Of a stretch of 64,000 nt of DNA, positions 48,714 to 57,649 are shown one piece after another (within the stretch, counting starts at the first letter, position 1; each line of letters begins with the position of its first letter). The notes under the pieces were generated by a model. That model was not told the DNA's origin, searched no databases, and saw only the letters and a list, made by a program, of their open reading frames with translations. A program made the position numbers and the translations under genes. Location: contig CAVZJB010000011.1 of assembly GCA_963775425.1 (NCBI GenBank), positions 608,001-672,000 on the forward strand, given 5' to 3'. Source of the stretch: an uncultured delta proteobacterium (GTDB lineage: Bacteria > Myxococcota > UBA727 > VGSZ01).

Positions 48714-51479
48714 TCAGCTCGGCGGCGGTTTGTTCAGCGCGCTCACACGGGCGTTCTTGCGCAGGGCGATGACGCTACCGACGACGCCGAGGGTGGCGCT
48801 GTCGAGGGCGTCGCCGCCGGCGATGCGGCCGGCGCGGGCGATGCTGCCGAGGCCGAGGTCGCCGGCGCCGACCTCGGCGAGGCCGGAGAAGTTGCCGGCG
48901 AACGAGAAGCCCGCCTTGATGCTCTGCGTGTACACGGAGGAGAGGCCGAGGCCGTGGCTCGCCAGCGTCGCCGTCACCGTGCCGATGATCTGATCGGGCT
49001 CGAGGCGCTTCGGCTTTTTGCCGGGCGCCGTGTCCTGGAGCTCCGACAGCGCGCCGACGAGGGCGCGCTTGGCCTCCTTCGCTTTTCCGCGGTCGGTGAC
49101 CGTCGACATGGTCAGGGCGGCGTCGGCCATGCCGTCGAGGTCCTTGCGGAACCAATTCCAGGCGAGCGACAGCGGCGCCATGAGGTGCTTCTTCTTCAGG
49201 TCGATCATCTTGCCGAAGTCGAGCATCACGATGGTCTGGCCGTCGGCGAGCACGCCCCAGTTGCCCTTGTGGGGATCGCCGTGCACGCGCCCGTGCACGA
49301 CGGCCTGTGACAGCACGCTCGCGAGGAAGCGGTCGCGCATCAAGCGGACGTCGTCGTCCTTGAGGATCGGCGGGACCTGTACGTGGGTGATGACGCCGTC
49401 GTCGGCGATGCGCAGCTTCAACGCGGGGTACAGCGGGTGATCGGTGGCGACCGTCGCCAGCCAACCGCCGGGCTTCTTCGCGTCCTTGGGCGGCGGCGCC
49501 CGCTCCACGGTGACGCGCTCGGCGCCGGTGGCGATGCCGAACGCGCGCGCCGTGTGGTCCACCGCGCGCTTCGTCACATCGCCGACCGCGTCCCCCGCGA
49601 GCGGACCGGTGGGCGCGGGCGTGGCCTTGGTGGCCCGCGCGAGCTGCGCGCGCTCGATCAGGCTGCCGACCTTCTCGAGGCGCATGAGCTCCATGGTGAT
49701 GACGGTCTTGCTGCTCCAGCGCCGGAACACGTACGGCGCCGTGACGTGCCCGTGGGCGCGCATGTCGCGGCGGAACTTCTTGAGGTTCACGCGCTCCTTG
49801 TCGAAGTCCGTCTCGACCTCGAAGGACTGCACGAACGACGAGACCGTCTCCTCGACGAGCTTCATCATCTTGAGCGGGTCTACGCCCTCGGGCAGGTCCA
49901 GCTTCTTGCCCTGATCACCGAGGACGCGCATGAGCTCGCTCGCGAACTGAAGCCCGATGCGCGTCACGCGCGTGGCGCGCGTGAACTGCTCTGCGAGGTG
50001 CGGTCGCTGCACCTTCACCACCACCTCGTGCTCGCGGCCGAAGCAATCCTTGACGCGCGCGCGGTGCGCCTGCCCGATGCTCGCCGACGCCAGCGGCTTC
50101 ATCTCGAAAGAGCCGGGCACGAACGCCTCGTCGATGGTCGTGCCGAGCCCCGCCTCCACCTGGGCGCGCACCTCGGCCTCGCTCATCTCCGGCACCCGCT
50201 CCTGCAGCTCCAACAGCGCGCGGTGGGTGACGCCGTCGACGGCGCCGCCGTCCGCCGCGGCCTGGTTGGCGAAGGTTTGCAGGAGCTTCACCACCACCGG
50301 CCCGGCGTCCTTGGCCGCGTTCTTGACCAGGGGGATGCGCTGCTCCTCGGGGATCTTGTCGTTCTTGGCGGCGCCGAACAGGCGGAAGAGGTGCGCGGCC
50401 GTGACGAGCACCGCGGACATGTCCGCGCACAGCTCCTTCACCGCGCCCGCGGCCTCCTCGCTGAGCGCGCCCGTCCCGCGGAGGTCCGAGAGCAGCCGCT
50501 CCTCCGCGGCGTCCAACGTCTCCGGCAGCGCCCGCGCCGACCGCTCCGTCTCGGCGAGGGCCGCGGCCGCATCGTTGGTGGCGGAGCGTGTGACGTCGCC
50601 GCTGCCGCCCGCGAGGCGCTCGACCACCGCGCGGAAGAGGTCGCCGTCGCCCGCGGCGGCGTCGCCGTCGGCCGCGCGCCGCCGCACGGCGGCGAGGGAG
50701 ACCAGGTCGCGCGCGAGGACGGCGAGCTCGCCGTCCTTGGGCAACGACGACACGATGGCCCCCTCGGCCACCGTGGTGAGGTAGCGCGACACGGCGTCCT
50801 TGACGGTGCCTGCGCCCGCGGCGTCGACGTCGAGCGCGATCTTCTCCAGGTTGTGCGCTTCGAGCCTGCCGAGCACGCGCACCACGTCGAGCGCGCGCGC
50901 GAGCTCGTCGCGAAACTCCGGCGTCTGCAGGCGCGCACGCAGCTTCTCGAGGTTGTCGCCGACGGACGCGACGCCGTCGGCGGAGGGGACGAACGTCGCG
51001 TACCACTTGGCCTCGACGTTTTGTTGAACGCTCGCGTCGCCCATGGTCTTCGACAGCGCGGTCGCGCCCTTCTTCAGCGCGCCGGCGGGGACGATGCGGG
51101 CGAGGTCGACGACGACCTCGAGCACCGCGTCGGTGAGGGGGTCGCCGGCGGCGGCAGCGAGCTTCTTGCGACGCTCGTCGGGCGTGAGCGATGCATCGGT
51201 GAAGCTCCTCGCGGCGTCCTTGAGCGCGAGGGCCGCGGGGGAGCTCTGGGGCGGCACTTCGAAGCCGGTCCAGAGGCTGTCGAAGAGGTCGTGGACGCCG
51301 GTGCGCAGCGCCTCGGCGTCACCGCCCTCGAGCCCGACGGCCGGCAGCACGTCGCCGAGGAGCGCGGCGCCCTCGTCGAGGTGCGCGAGGCCCTTGTCGA
51401 CGCGCTCCTTGAGCGCGTCGCGCAGGGTCCCCTGCGCGGTGGCGCGGAGGCGGCGGGAGACGGGTCCCTCGACGGGCAT
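48714..51479 (-). CDS. ABC1/AarF/UbiB-family atypical kinase with a long N-terminal helical extension
   Basis: Motifs GPVVVKLLQ, PLASASIGQAHRA, VVVKVQRP, HGDPHKGN and LDFG. Confidence 0.88.
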   Translation of the reverse strand: MPVEGPVSRRLRATAQGTLRDALKERVDKGLAHLDEGAALLGDVLPAVGLEGGDAEALRTGVHDLFDSLWTGFEVPPQSSPAALALKDAARSFTDASLTPDERRKKLAAAAGDPLTDAVLEVVVDLARIVPAGALKKGATALSKTMGDASVQQNVEAKWYATFVPSADGVASVGDNLEKLRARLQTPEFRDELARALDVVRVLGRLEAHNLEKIALDVDAAGAGTVKDAVSRYLTTVAEGAIVSSLPKDGELAVLARDLVSLAAVRRRAADGDAAAGDGDLFRAVVERLAGGSGDVTRSATNDAAAALAETERSARALPETLDAAEERLLSDLRGTGALSEEAAGAVKELCADMSAVLVTAAHLFRLFGAAKNDKIPEEQRIPLVKNAAKDAGPVVVKLLQTFANQAAADGGAVDGVTHRALLELQERVPEMSEAEVRAQVEAGLGTTIDEAFVPGSFEMKPLASASIGQAHRARVKDCFGREHEVVVKVQRPHLAEQFTRATRVTRIGLQFASELMRVLGDQGKKLDLPEGVDPLKMMKLVEETVSSFVQSFEVETDFDKERVNLKKFRRDMRAHGHVTAPYVFRRWSSKTVITMELMRLEKVGSLIERAQLARATKATPAPTGPLAGDAVGDVTKRAVDHTARAFGIATGAERVTVERAPPPKDAKKPGGWLATVATDHPLYPALKLRIADDGVITHVQVPPILKDDDVRLMRDRFLASVLSQAVVHGRVHGDPHKGNWGVLADGQTIVMLDFGKMIDLKKKHLMAPLSLAWNWFRKDLDGMADAALTMSTVTDRGKAKEAKRALVGALSELQDTAPGKKPKRLEPDQIIGTVTATLASHGLGLSSVYTQSIKAGFSFAGNFSGLAEVGAGDLGLGSIARAGRIAGGDALDSATLGVVGSVIALRKNARVSALNKPPPS

Positions 51480-51581
51480 CCAGCGACGCTACCACGGGGT
51501 CCGACATGGCTCCCGTACGGGCGGCACACCGTCGCTTGATGAGCGACCGGGGGGAGCGGCCGCGCTTGGGTCAGCGCGGGG

Positions 51582-52016
51582 TCAAAGCGGGAGCGACGCG
51601 CCGAACGCCGAGGGATCGTCGATGGGGCGCACGGCGCCGTCGGGATCGCGCCACAGGCTGAAGCTGTCCTGGCCCTCGACGAAGCCGAGCTTCACCCGCC
51701 GGCCGGCGCGCAGCGCGGGGACCTCGACCACGAACGGATCGAGCACCTCGGGCTGGGCCGCGACCCGGGCGAGCGCGCGCATGGCTTCGGCCGCGTCGGC
51801 TTCGTGCCGGGCGAGCGCGTCCTTGAGCTCCGGCGGCATCTCGGGCGTCTGGTGGCCTCCGTCGGTGCTGGCGACGCCGGCGCCCTTGTGCTCCTCGGCG
51901 GCCACGTAGGTCGCCCGAGCGCCGCTGAGCGCCTCGCGGAGGCGGTCGATCTGCTCGCCGAGGTACGGCACCAAAGCGTTGGCCTCGTCGAGGGTGTAGG
52001 GGCGAAGGAACATCAT
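51582..52016 (-). CDS. DUF2203-like protein
   Basis: N-terminal YTLDEANALVP pattern and C-terminal VRPI. Confidence 0.6.
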   Translation of the reverse strand: MMFLRPYTLDEANALVPYLGEQIDRLREALSGARATYVAAEEHKGAGVASTDGGHQTPEMPPELKDALARHEADAAEAMRALARVAAQPEVLDPFVVEVPALRAGRRVKLGFVEGQDSFSLWRDPDGAVRPIDDPSAFGASLPL

Positions 52017-52073
52017 GCACTATTCATACGCGCTCGCGGCCGTTCGACAAGTCGCGCGGGCACGCGGGCGATT

Positions 52074-52535
52074 TCACACCCGTGCGAACGGATCGCGGCC
52101 TTCACGCATGGCGTCGAGGACGCGGGCGGCGTCGGCGGGCGGGATCAGCTCCACGTTGCTCGCCCCCGCCACGCGCATGACGCTCTTGATGACGAAGCTC
52201 CCCTGCACGTTGCCGACGAGGGCGATGCGCTTCATGCGCTCGGCGCTCCTGCGCATGAACGCGGCCGAACGCATCTTCCCCTGGAGCGAGCCGACGGAGC
52301 GGCCGCCGGTGGTGTGCACGAAGCCGAACGCGGGTGTGCCGTCCCGGTCGTAGCTCGCCTGCGTCGCCGTGCGCCAGGCGTCGCTGACGGCGTCGGTGAC
52401 GTCACCCCACAGGTGAACGACGATCACGTGCTCGTTGCGGGCGACCGCGTACGCGGCCCCGGCGTCGACGAGGTCGAGCCCCGCCGTCACCGACTCGTCC
52501 CGCTCGATCACGATCTCCGCGTCGCGCGCGCCCAT
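52074..52535 (-). CDS. Hypothetical protein (possible STAS/SEC14-like fold)
   Basis: Globular ORF with typical codon bias; the fold is a guess. Confidence 0.5.
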   Translation of the reverse strand: MGARDAEIVIERDESVTAGLDLVDAGAAYAVARNEHVIVVHLWGDVTDAVSDAWRTATQASYDRDGTPAFGFVHTTGGRSVGSLQGKMRSAAFMRRSAERMKRIALVGNVQGSFVIKSVMRVAGASNVELIPPADAARVLDAMREGRDPFARV

Positions 52536-52555
52536 CGTCCCCCCCGTACGCCGTC

Positions 52556-54172
52556 TCAGTGCGGCAGCGGTTTACCGAACCTCTTTTGGTACTCGGCCTC
52601 GATCCTGGCCTGCTCCGCGTGCTTGCCCACCTGATGGTAGAGGGGCCACAGCGACGTGTACGCATCGGGGTTGTCGGGATCGAGCGCGATGGTCTTCTCC
52701 AGGTGCGGGATGGCCTTGCTCACGAGATCGTCTTGCGCATACGCGATGCCGAGGACGAGGTGGGCGACGCTGCCGCCGTCGAACTTCTTGACGGCCTCTT
52801 CGCACGATGCCTCGGCGTCGCGGTAGCGCTCCTTGTCGGTCTGCCAGTCGCAGCGCTCGACGAGCAAGCCGGGCACCTCGCCGTAGCGGCGCACGGCGCG
52901 GTCGATGGCGTCGCCCTTGTCGGCGCGCGGCGTGCGCGAGATGACGGAGAGCGCGTCGAGCACGCCGGCTTCGTCCTCGTACGACAGCAGGCCCTTGGGT
53001 ACGCCGCTGCGCATGCGCTCCACGGCGAGCGTGTGGCGACGCTCCTTGACGTCGGGGGCCGTGGACTTGTCGAGCGCCTCTTCGGCGAGCGCGAGCCGGC
53101 CGGTGCCCTGGGCGAGCGCGGCGAGCTCGTCGACGTCGGCGCCGGGCTGGCGCACGCGCTGCAGCCGCGCGCGGCCCTCGGCGAAGGCGCGCTTGGTGGC
53201 GGCGGCGTCCTTGATCCTGAGCGCCCAGCGGATGGCGGCGTTGGCCGAGTCGAGGTCGGTGCTCTTGGCGACGGCGCGGTCGCACAGCCTGCGGTCGAGG
53301 TCCGTGACCTTGGGGCTCGACATGATCCGGCACCCGACGGAGAGCGCCTGCATCGGCGCGTCCTTCTTCTCGGCGAGCGGCTTGAGCAACTTCCAGGCGC
53401 GGACGGTGTCGCCGGCGTTCATGGCGGCGACGGCGTCGTTGACGACGCGCGCCTGGTCCGGCGGCAGGACGAGGTCCGCGCGGGCCTTGCCGGCGAGCTC
53501 GTCGAGGGCGGCCTGCACGGCGTCGCCCCCGGCGGAGTCGAGCTTGGCGCGGCGGTGCTGGAGCTCGCGGGTGACCTGGGCGGCGGCGCTCGCGCGCGCG
53601 ACGTCGTTGCCGGCGTGCTTGAAGGCGATGCCGGGCTTGAGGAGCGCGAGCTGGTCCTCGGTGAAGCTCTTCTGGCCCTTGTCGTACGACGCCGACAGGA
53701 TGGAGCTCGCATCCGCGACGTGGACGCCGCCGAGGGCGTGCGCCACCTGATGCACGAGGACGACGGCCTCCTCGTGGGCGTCGGCGGCGGCCCGTACGAC
53801 GACCTCTTTTCCGAGCGGGTGCGCGTTGCCGAGCTGCTTGTAGTCGTCGGTCTTTCGCGGCGGCTCGCGGATGAAGGCGGCGACGATGTCCGCGTCCGGG
53901 AACTTCTCGCCGTGCTCGAGCTCGCTGAGCGCGGCGCGCACGTTCACGGACGCGGCCTTCGACGGCTTCCACGGCTTGACGTCGGCGATCTCGAGGCCGA
54001 CGCCGAGCTGCGACGAAAGGATCGACGAGGCCTCGCGGAAGACGGCCTTGAGCTCCTGCTTGTGTCCATAGCTGCCGTCGAGGAGCACCTGGACGCGCAA
54101 GGGCGTCGCCGGCGACGCGGGCGCGGCGCCGGCGGAGAGGGCGATCACGAGGGAGAAGGCGGGGGTGAGCAT
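52556..54172 (-). CDS. Secreted metzincin-like domain (degenerate active site) with TPR repeats
   Basis: Signal peptide MLTPAFSLVIALSAGA; HQVAHALGGVH; C-terminal TPR (AHLVLGIAY...LEKTIALDPDNPDAY). Confidence 0.75.
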   Translation of the reverse strand: MLTPAFSLVIALSAGAAPASPATPLRVQVLLDGSYGHKQELKAVFREASSILSSQLGVGLEIADVKPWKPSKAASVNVRAALSELEHGEKFPDADIVAAFIREPPRKTDDYKQLGNAHPLGKEVVVRAAADAHEEAVVLVHQVAHALGGVHVADASSILSASYDKGQKSFTEDQLALLKPGIAFKHAGNDVARASAAAQVTRELQHRRAKLDSAGGDAVQAALDELAGKARADLVLPPDQARVVNDAVAAMNAGDTVRAWKLLKPLAEKKDAPMQALSVGCRIMSSPKVTDLDRRLCDRAVAKSTDLDSANAAIRWALRIKDAAATKRAFAEGRARLQRVRQPGADVDELAALAQGTGRLALAEEALDKSTAPDVKERRHTLAVERMRSGVPKGLLSYEDEAGVLDALSVISRTPRADKGDAIDRAVRRYGEVPGLLVERCDWQTDKERYRDAEASCEEAVKKFDGGSVAHLVLGIAYAQDDLVSKAIPHLEKTIALDPDNPDAYTSLWPLYHQVGKHAEQARIEAEYQKRFGKPLPH

Positions 54173-54174
54173 GG

Positions 54175-54570
54175 TCAGCGCTCCGAGCAGTTGACGGGGG
54201 CGGTGATGTCGTCGGCGGTGAGGAGCTGGCCGTCGGGGCCGGCGGAGATGAACGCGGTGGTGGGGTTTTCGGGGCCGGCGGGCATGAACGCGATGGGGTT
54301 GCCCCACGGATCATTCGGCGCCGGTTGCGCGACGTCCTCGACGCCGCCGGGGCAGTGCCCGTTTTGCATCTCGAACGCCGACGCCGCGTGGGCGAGGTCC
54401 CCGAGCTGCGCCTTGGCGGCCGCGCGCAGGTCGGGCCCGCCGGCGGCGGCGGCGCTCGCGTCGGCGGCGGTGACGGTGGTGGGCGCGCTCGCGCAGGACA
54501 GCGCGGCGGCGCCTGCGACGGCGACGGCCGCGGCGGCGAGGCGCGTGAGGGGGAGCGGGGGGAGGGTCAT
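54175..54570 (-). CDS. Small protein with a GspG-like C-terminal domain and a lipoprotein-type signal
   Basis: DPWGNP and SAGPDGQ..TADDI motifs; N-terminus ends AALSC; ATGA overlap with the permease gene. Confidence 0.7.
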   Translation of the reverse strand: MTLPPLPLTRLAAAAVAVAGAAALSCASAPTTVTAADASAAAAGGPDLRAAAKAQLGDLAHAASAFEMQNGHCPGGVEDVAQPAPNDPWGNPIAFMPAGPENPTTAFISAGPDGQLLTADDITAPVNCSER

Positions 54571-56123
54571 CCGTGATCTCCTTTGCTCTCGACGGTCACC
54601 CACGGGGCCACCAGCAGGAGCGCGCCGACGATGGCGTACCCCGCGGCGAAGGGCCAGGCGGGGGTGAAGATGGCGCCGGTGGTGTCGGCGAAGGTCCACG
54701 CGTAGCTGTGCATCAAGCCGAGCATCGACAGCGCCGCCGCCACGAAGCACCACGCAGCCGCCCAGCGAAAGCGCCGCTCGATGATGCCGACGGTGACGGC
54801 GGCGAGGATCATCGACGTGAAGATGAAGCCCTGCTCGAGGGAGAACGCGCCCTCGATCCACGTGTCCCCCTTGTGGAACGCGTCGACGAGCGCGGGGGCG
54901 AACGGGGTCTGCGAGCCCACGCCTGCCGCGCGCAGCCCGGCCTTGGCCATGAGCGCGCCCCACGCGGCGATGCCAGGCAACAGGCCGACGACGACGGCGG
55001 GCGCGTGCTCGCGCGGCGTGGACGCGAACGCCTGCGCCGTGATGACGATGCCGATCCACAACACGATGGCCATGCCTGCGTCGACGGGGACGGCCCACGT
55101 GATGAACGCGAGCGTGCCGGTGAGGCAGATGACGGTGACGAAGGCGCCGTTCAAGATGGAGTAGCCGGCGCGCGCGCCGAGCGACTTCCACCCCGGGTGA
55201 CCGATGTAGATGGTGGTCGGGAACGCCGAGCCGAACAGCGCCGCGAGGATGCTGCCGAGCCCGTTGACGGCGAGCGACGGCGCGGTGGGGTAGCGGTCGC
55301 CGGCGGCCTCGGCGCTCTCGATGTTCTGGAGCGAGCCGATGACGTTGAAGATTCCCATGGGCACGATGACGGCGAGGTACGGGAGGAGGTGCTTGAACGA
55401 GCGCGCGACGTCGACGATCACGGGGAGCGGAAAGTGCATCCCGGTCCACGCCGGCGCGGGCCCCGCCGGCGGCGCGATGCCGGTGGCCCAGCAGAGGGCG
55501 GCGCCGACGACGACGGCGACGGCGCCGCCGGGGATGCCGCCCTTGAAGCGCACGCGTCCGAAGTACGTGACGAGGACGATACCGAGCGTGGTGATCCCGA
55601 CGATGGGGTGCGCGAAGGTCCGGAACAGGAAGCCGATGGCGATGAAGGTGACGGCGATGCCCGCGAGCGTGGACAAGAGCGCGGCGCGGGGCGTGGCCTT
55701 GCGGATGCGCTCGGCGACGACGGAGCCGCACAGCTCGATGACGCCGCTGCCGAAGCACGCGCACAGGCCCGCATGCCACGCGGTGGTGACGGGATCGGGG
55801 TCGCCGGCGGCCTGCGCCGCGAGCTTGGCCGGGAGCATGACGAGGAAGACGTGGCCGAAGAGCGAGACGGTGTTGATGCCGTAGGGCAGGGCGCACACGT
55901 CGTCGCGCCCGGTGGCCCTGGCGAGGCGGTGCGCCTGCCAGGCGTAGAAGGCGTTTCCGACCAGGAGCGAGACGGCGGCGCCCGGGAGCACGCGGCCGTA
56001 GAGCAGCTCCGGGGGGAAGCCGAGGACGAACCGGCACAGCGTGTCGATGAGCAGGAGCTGCACCAGGTTGTCGAGGGCGAGGCCAAAGAAGCCGTCGATG
56101 TCGCCCCGCACGATCCACTTCAT
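54567..56123 (-). CDS. NCS2/AzgA-like nucleobase permease
   Basis: Motifs GDIDGFFGL, ALPYGINT, LQNIESAEAAGD and PTTIYIGHPGWK; many TM segments. Confidence 0.85.
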   Translation of the reverse strand: MKWIVRGDIDGFFGLALDNLVQLLLIDTLCRFVLGFPPELLYGRVLPGAAVSLLVGNAFYAWQAHRLARATGRDDVCALPYGINTVSLFGHVFLVMLPAKLAAQAAGDPDPVTTAWHAGLCACFGSGVIELCGSVVAERIRKATPRAALLSTLAGIAVTFIAIGFLFRTFAHPIVGITTLGIVLVTYFGRVRFKGGIPGGAVAVVVGAALCWATGIAPPAGPAPAWTGMHFPLPVIVDVARSFKHLLPYLAVIVPMGIFNVIGSLQNIESAEAAGDRYPTAPSLAVNGLGSILAALFGSAFPTTIYIGHPGWKSLGARAGYSILNGAFVTVICLTGTLAFITWAVPVDAGMAIVLWIGIVITAQAFASTPREHAPAVVVGLLPGIAAWGALMAKAGLRAAGVGSQTPFAPALVDAFHKGDTWIEGAFSLEQGFIFTSMILAAVTVGIIERRFRWAAAWCFVAAALSMLGLMHSYAWTFADTTGAIFTPAWPFAAGYAIVGALLLVAPWVTVESKGDHG

Positions 56124-56149
56124 GCGCGCTCGTTTATCACGCGCCGGCG

Positions 56150-57619
56150 CTACGCGGGCACCTCCGCGGCGAGGAGCCGCCGGACGCGATCGTCGTCGAC
56201 GCGCAGGTGGAGCACGGACTCGCGCGTGATGAAGACGAGGCCGGGGGCGGGGCCCTTCTTCAGATCCTTCACGCGCGCGTGCTGGACGTCGACGCGCGGC
56301 TCGCCGCGCGCGGCCGAGAAGTGCGCCGCGAGGTGGGCGGCGTCGAGCATGAGCTCGGGGTCGACGTCGCCGCCCGTGGAGGGGATGACGACGTGGGCGC
56401 CCCGTTGGTCGCGCGCGTGCAGCCAGAGGTCGTTGCCGCGCGCGCTCTTGACGAGGGCGTCGTTGTCGCGGGCGCCGCGGCCGACGCGGACGACGATGTC
56501 GCGCGCGCAGCGGAAGCAGCGCCAGGGCATGCGCTTGCCCGCCTTGGCGGCCCGCCTGCGCGCGGAGCCGCCGACGTCGGTGCGCGCGAGCAACGCGCGC
56601 GCTTCGTCGAGGACCGCCGCCGGGGCGTCGCGCTCGGCGACGCGCGCGCGGGCCTCTTCGAGGAGGGCGAGCCGGGCGCGCGCCTCCTCGAGCCGCGGCG
56701 TCGCGCGCGCGAGGCCCGCGCGGGCCTTCTTCGCCCGTTGAAAGAAGCGCTCGAGGTTCTGCTTGCCGTCGAGCGCCGGGTCGAGGTCGATGCGCGTGGG
56801 GTTGCCTTCCCAGTCCATGGTGTCGACGTGGTCGGTGCCGCGGCGCACGGTGCCGAGCAGCGGCTTCAACAGCTCGCCGTGCCGCTCGTGCGCCGCGGGG
56901 TCGCCGTGCTTGTCGACGTCGCCGGCGAGCGCGGCGACGAGCCGCTTCACGCGCTTGTGCTCCGCCTTGAGCCGCGCGCGCAGCTCCGCTGTGCCGGCGT
57001 CACCGGGGCGCGGGGGCGTGCCCCCCGCCCGGGGTCCATCGCGGCGCAGGGGCGCTCCCCCCCCGAGGGCGGCCTCCGGCTCCCCGTGGCTTGCTTCACC
57101 GTGGCGCCGGGGCTCGTCGCCGGCGGGGGCGACGTACAGCCGGCCGCGGCGCAGGTCGCGGCCGTCCCGCGGGCGGGCGTCGCCGAGGACGGCGAGGATG
57201 CGCCGGCCCTCGTCGACGACGGCGGTCAAGACGGCGCGCTCCCGCTCGACGAGGAGCACGCGCCGCTTTCCGTCCGCGCGGGCGAAGACCAGGGTGGCGA
57301 CGCCGGGGCCCGGGTGGGCAAGGCCCCCGCCCACGTCGGCGACGGCCTCGCCCGGCGGCTCGTCGTCGTCGACGGCCACCAGGGTCGACGGCGTCAGCTC
57401 CTTGCGGAACAGCCCCTGGACCGCCGGCGGCGGCGCCTCGTCGTCACGCCCCGGCCGGTCGACGTCGAGGCGGACCGCCCCGCCGTCGACGACGACGAAG
57501 CGCTTCTCGCCCGCGCCTGCGACGTGGACGTACACCTCGAAGACGGCGCGACCGGTACGTCCCACACTCACCTTCTGCAGCCGGGCGGGCAGGACAAGGC
57601 GAATGTCCGTTGCATTCAT
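56150..57619 (-). CDS. NFACT-R domain protein (RqcH/FbpA-like)
   Basis: Coiled coil with GELL...IDLDP...N...F...KK; C-terminal VGRGARDND, WLHARDQRGAHV and AAHFS; start 57619 or 57628. Confidence 0.8.
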   Translation of the reverse strand: MNATDIRLVLPARLQKVSVGRTGRAVFEVYVHVAGAGEKRFVVVDGGAVRLDVDRPGRDDEAPPPAVQGLFRKELTPSTLVAVDDDEPPGEAVADVGGGLAHPGPGVATLVFARADGKRRVLLVERERAVLTAVVDEGRRILAVLGDARPRDGRDLRRGRLYVAPAGDEPRRHGEASHGEPEAALGGGAPLRRDGPRAGGTPPRPGDAGTAELRARLKAEHKRVKRLVAALAGDVDKHGDPAAHERHGELLKPLLGTVRRGTDHVDTMDWEGNPTRIDLDPALDGKQNLERFFQRAKKARAGLARATPRLEEARARLALLEEARARVAERDAPAAVLDEARALLARTDVGGSARRRAAKAGKRMPWRCFRCARDIVVRVGRGARDNDALVKSARGNDLWLHARDQRGAHVVIPSTGGDVDPELMLDAAHLAAHFSAARGEPRVDVQHARVKDLKKGPAPGLVFITRESVLHLRVDDDRVRRLLAAEVPA

Positions 57620-57649
57620 CGGCCCCATCGTAGAAGCCTCGGGGAAAAG

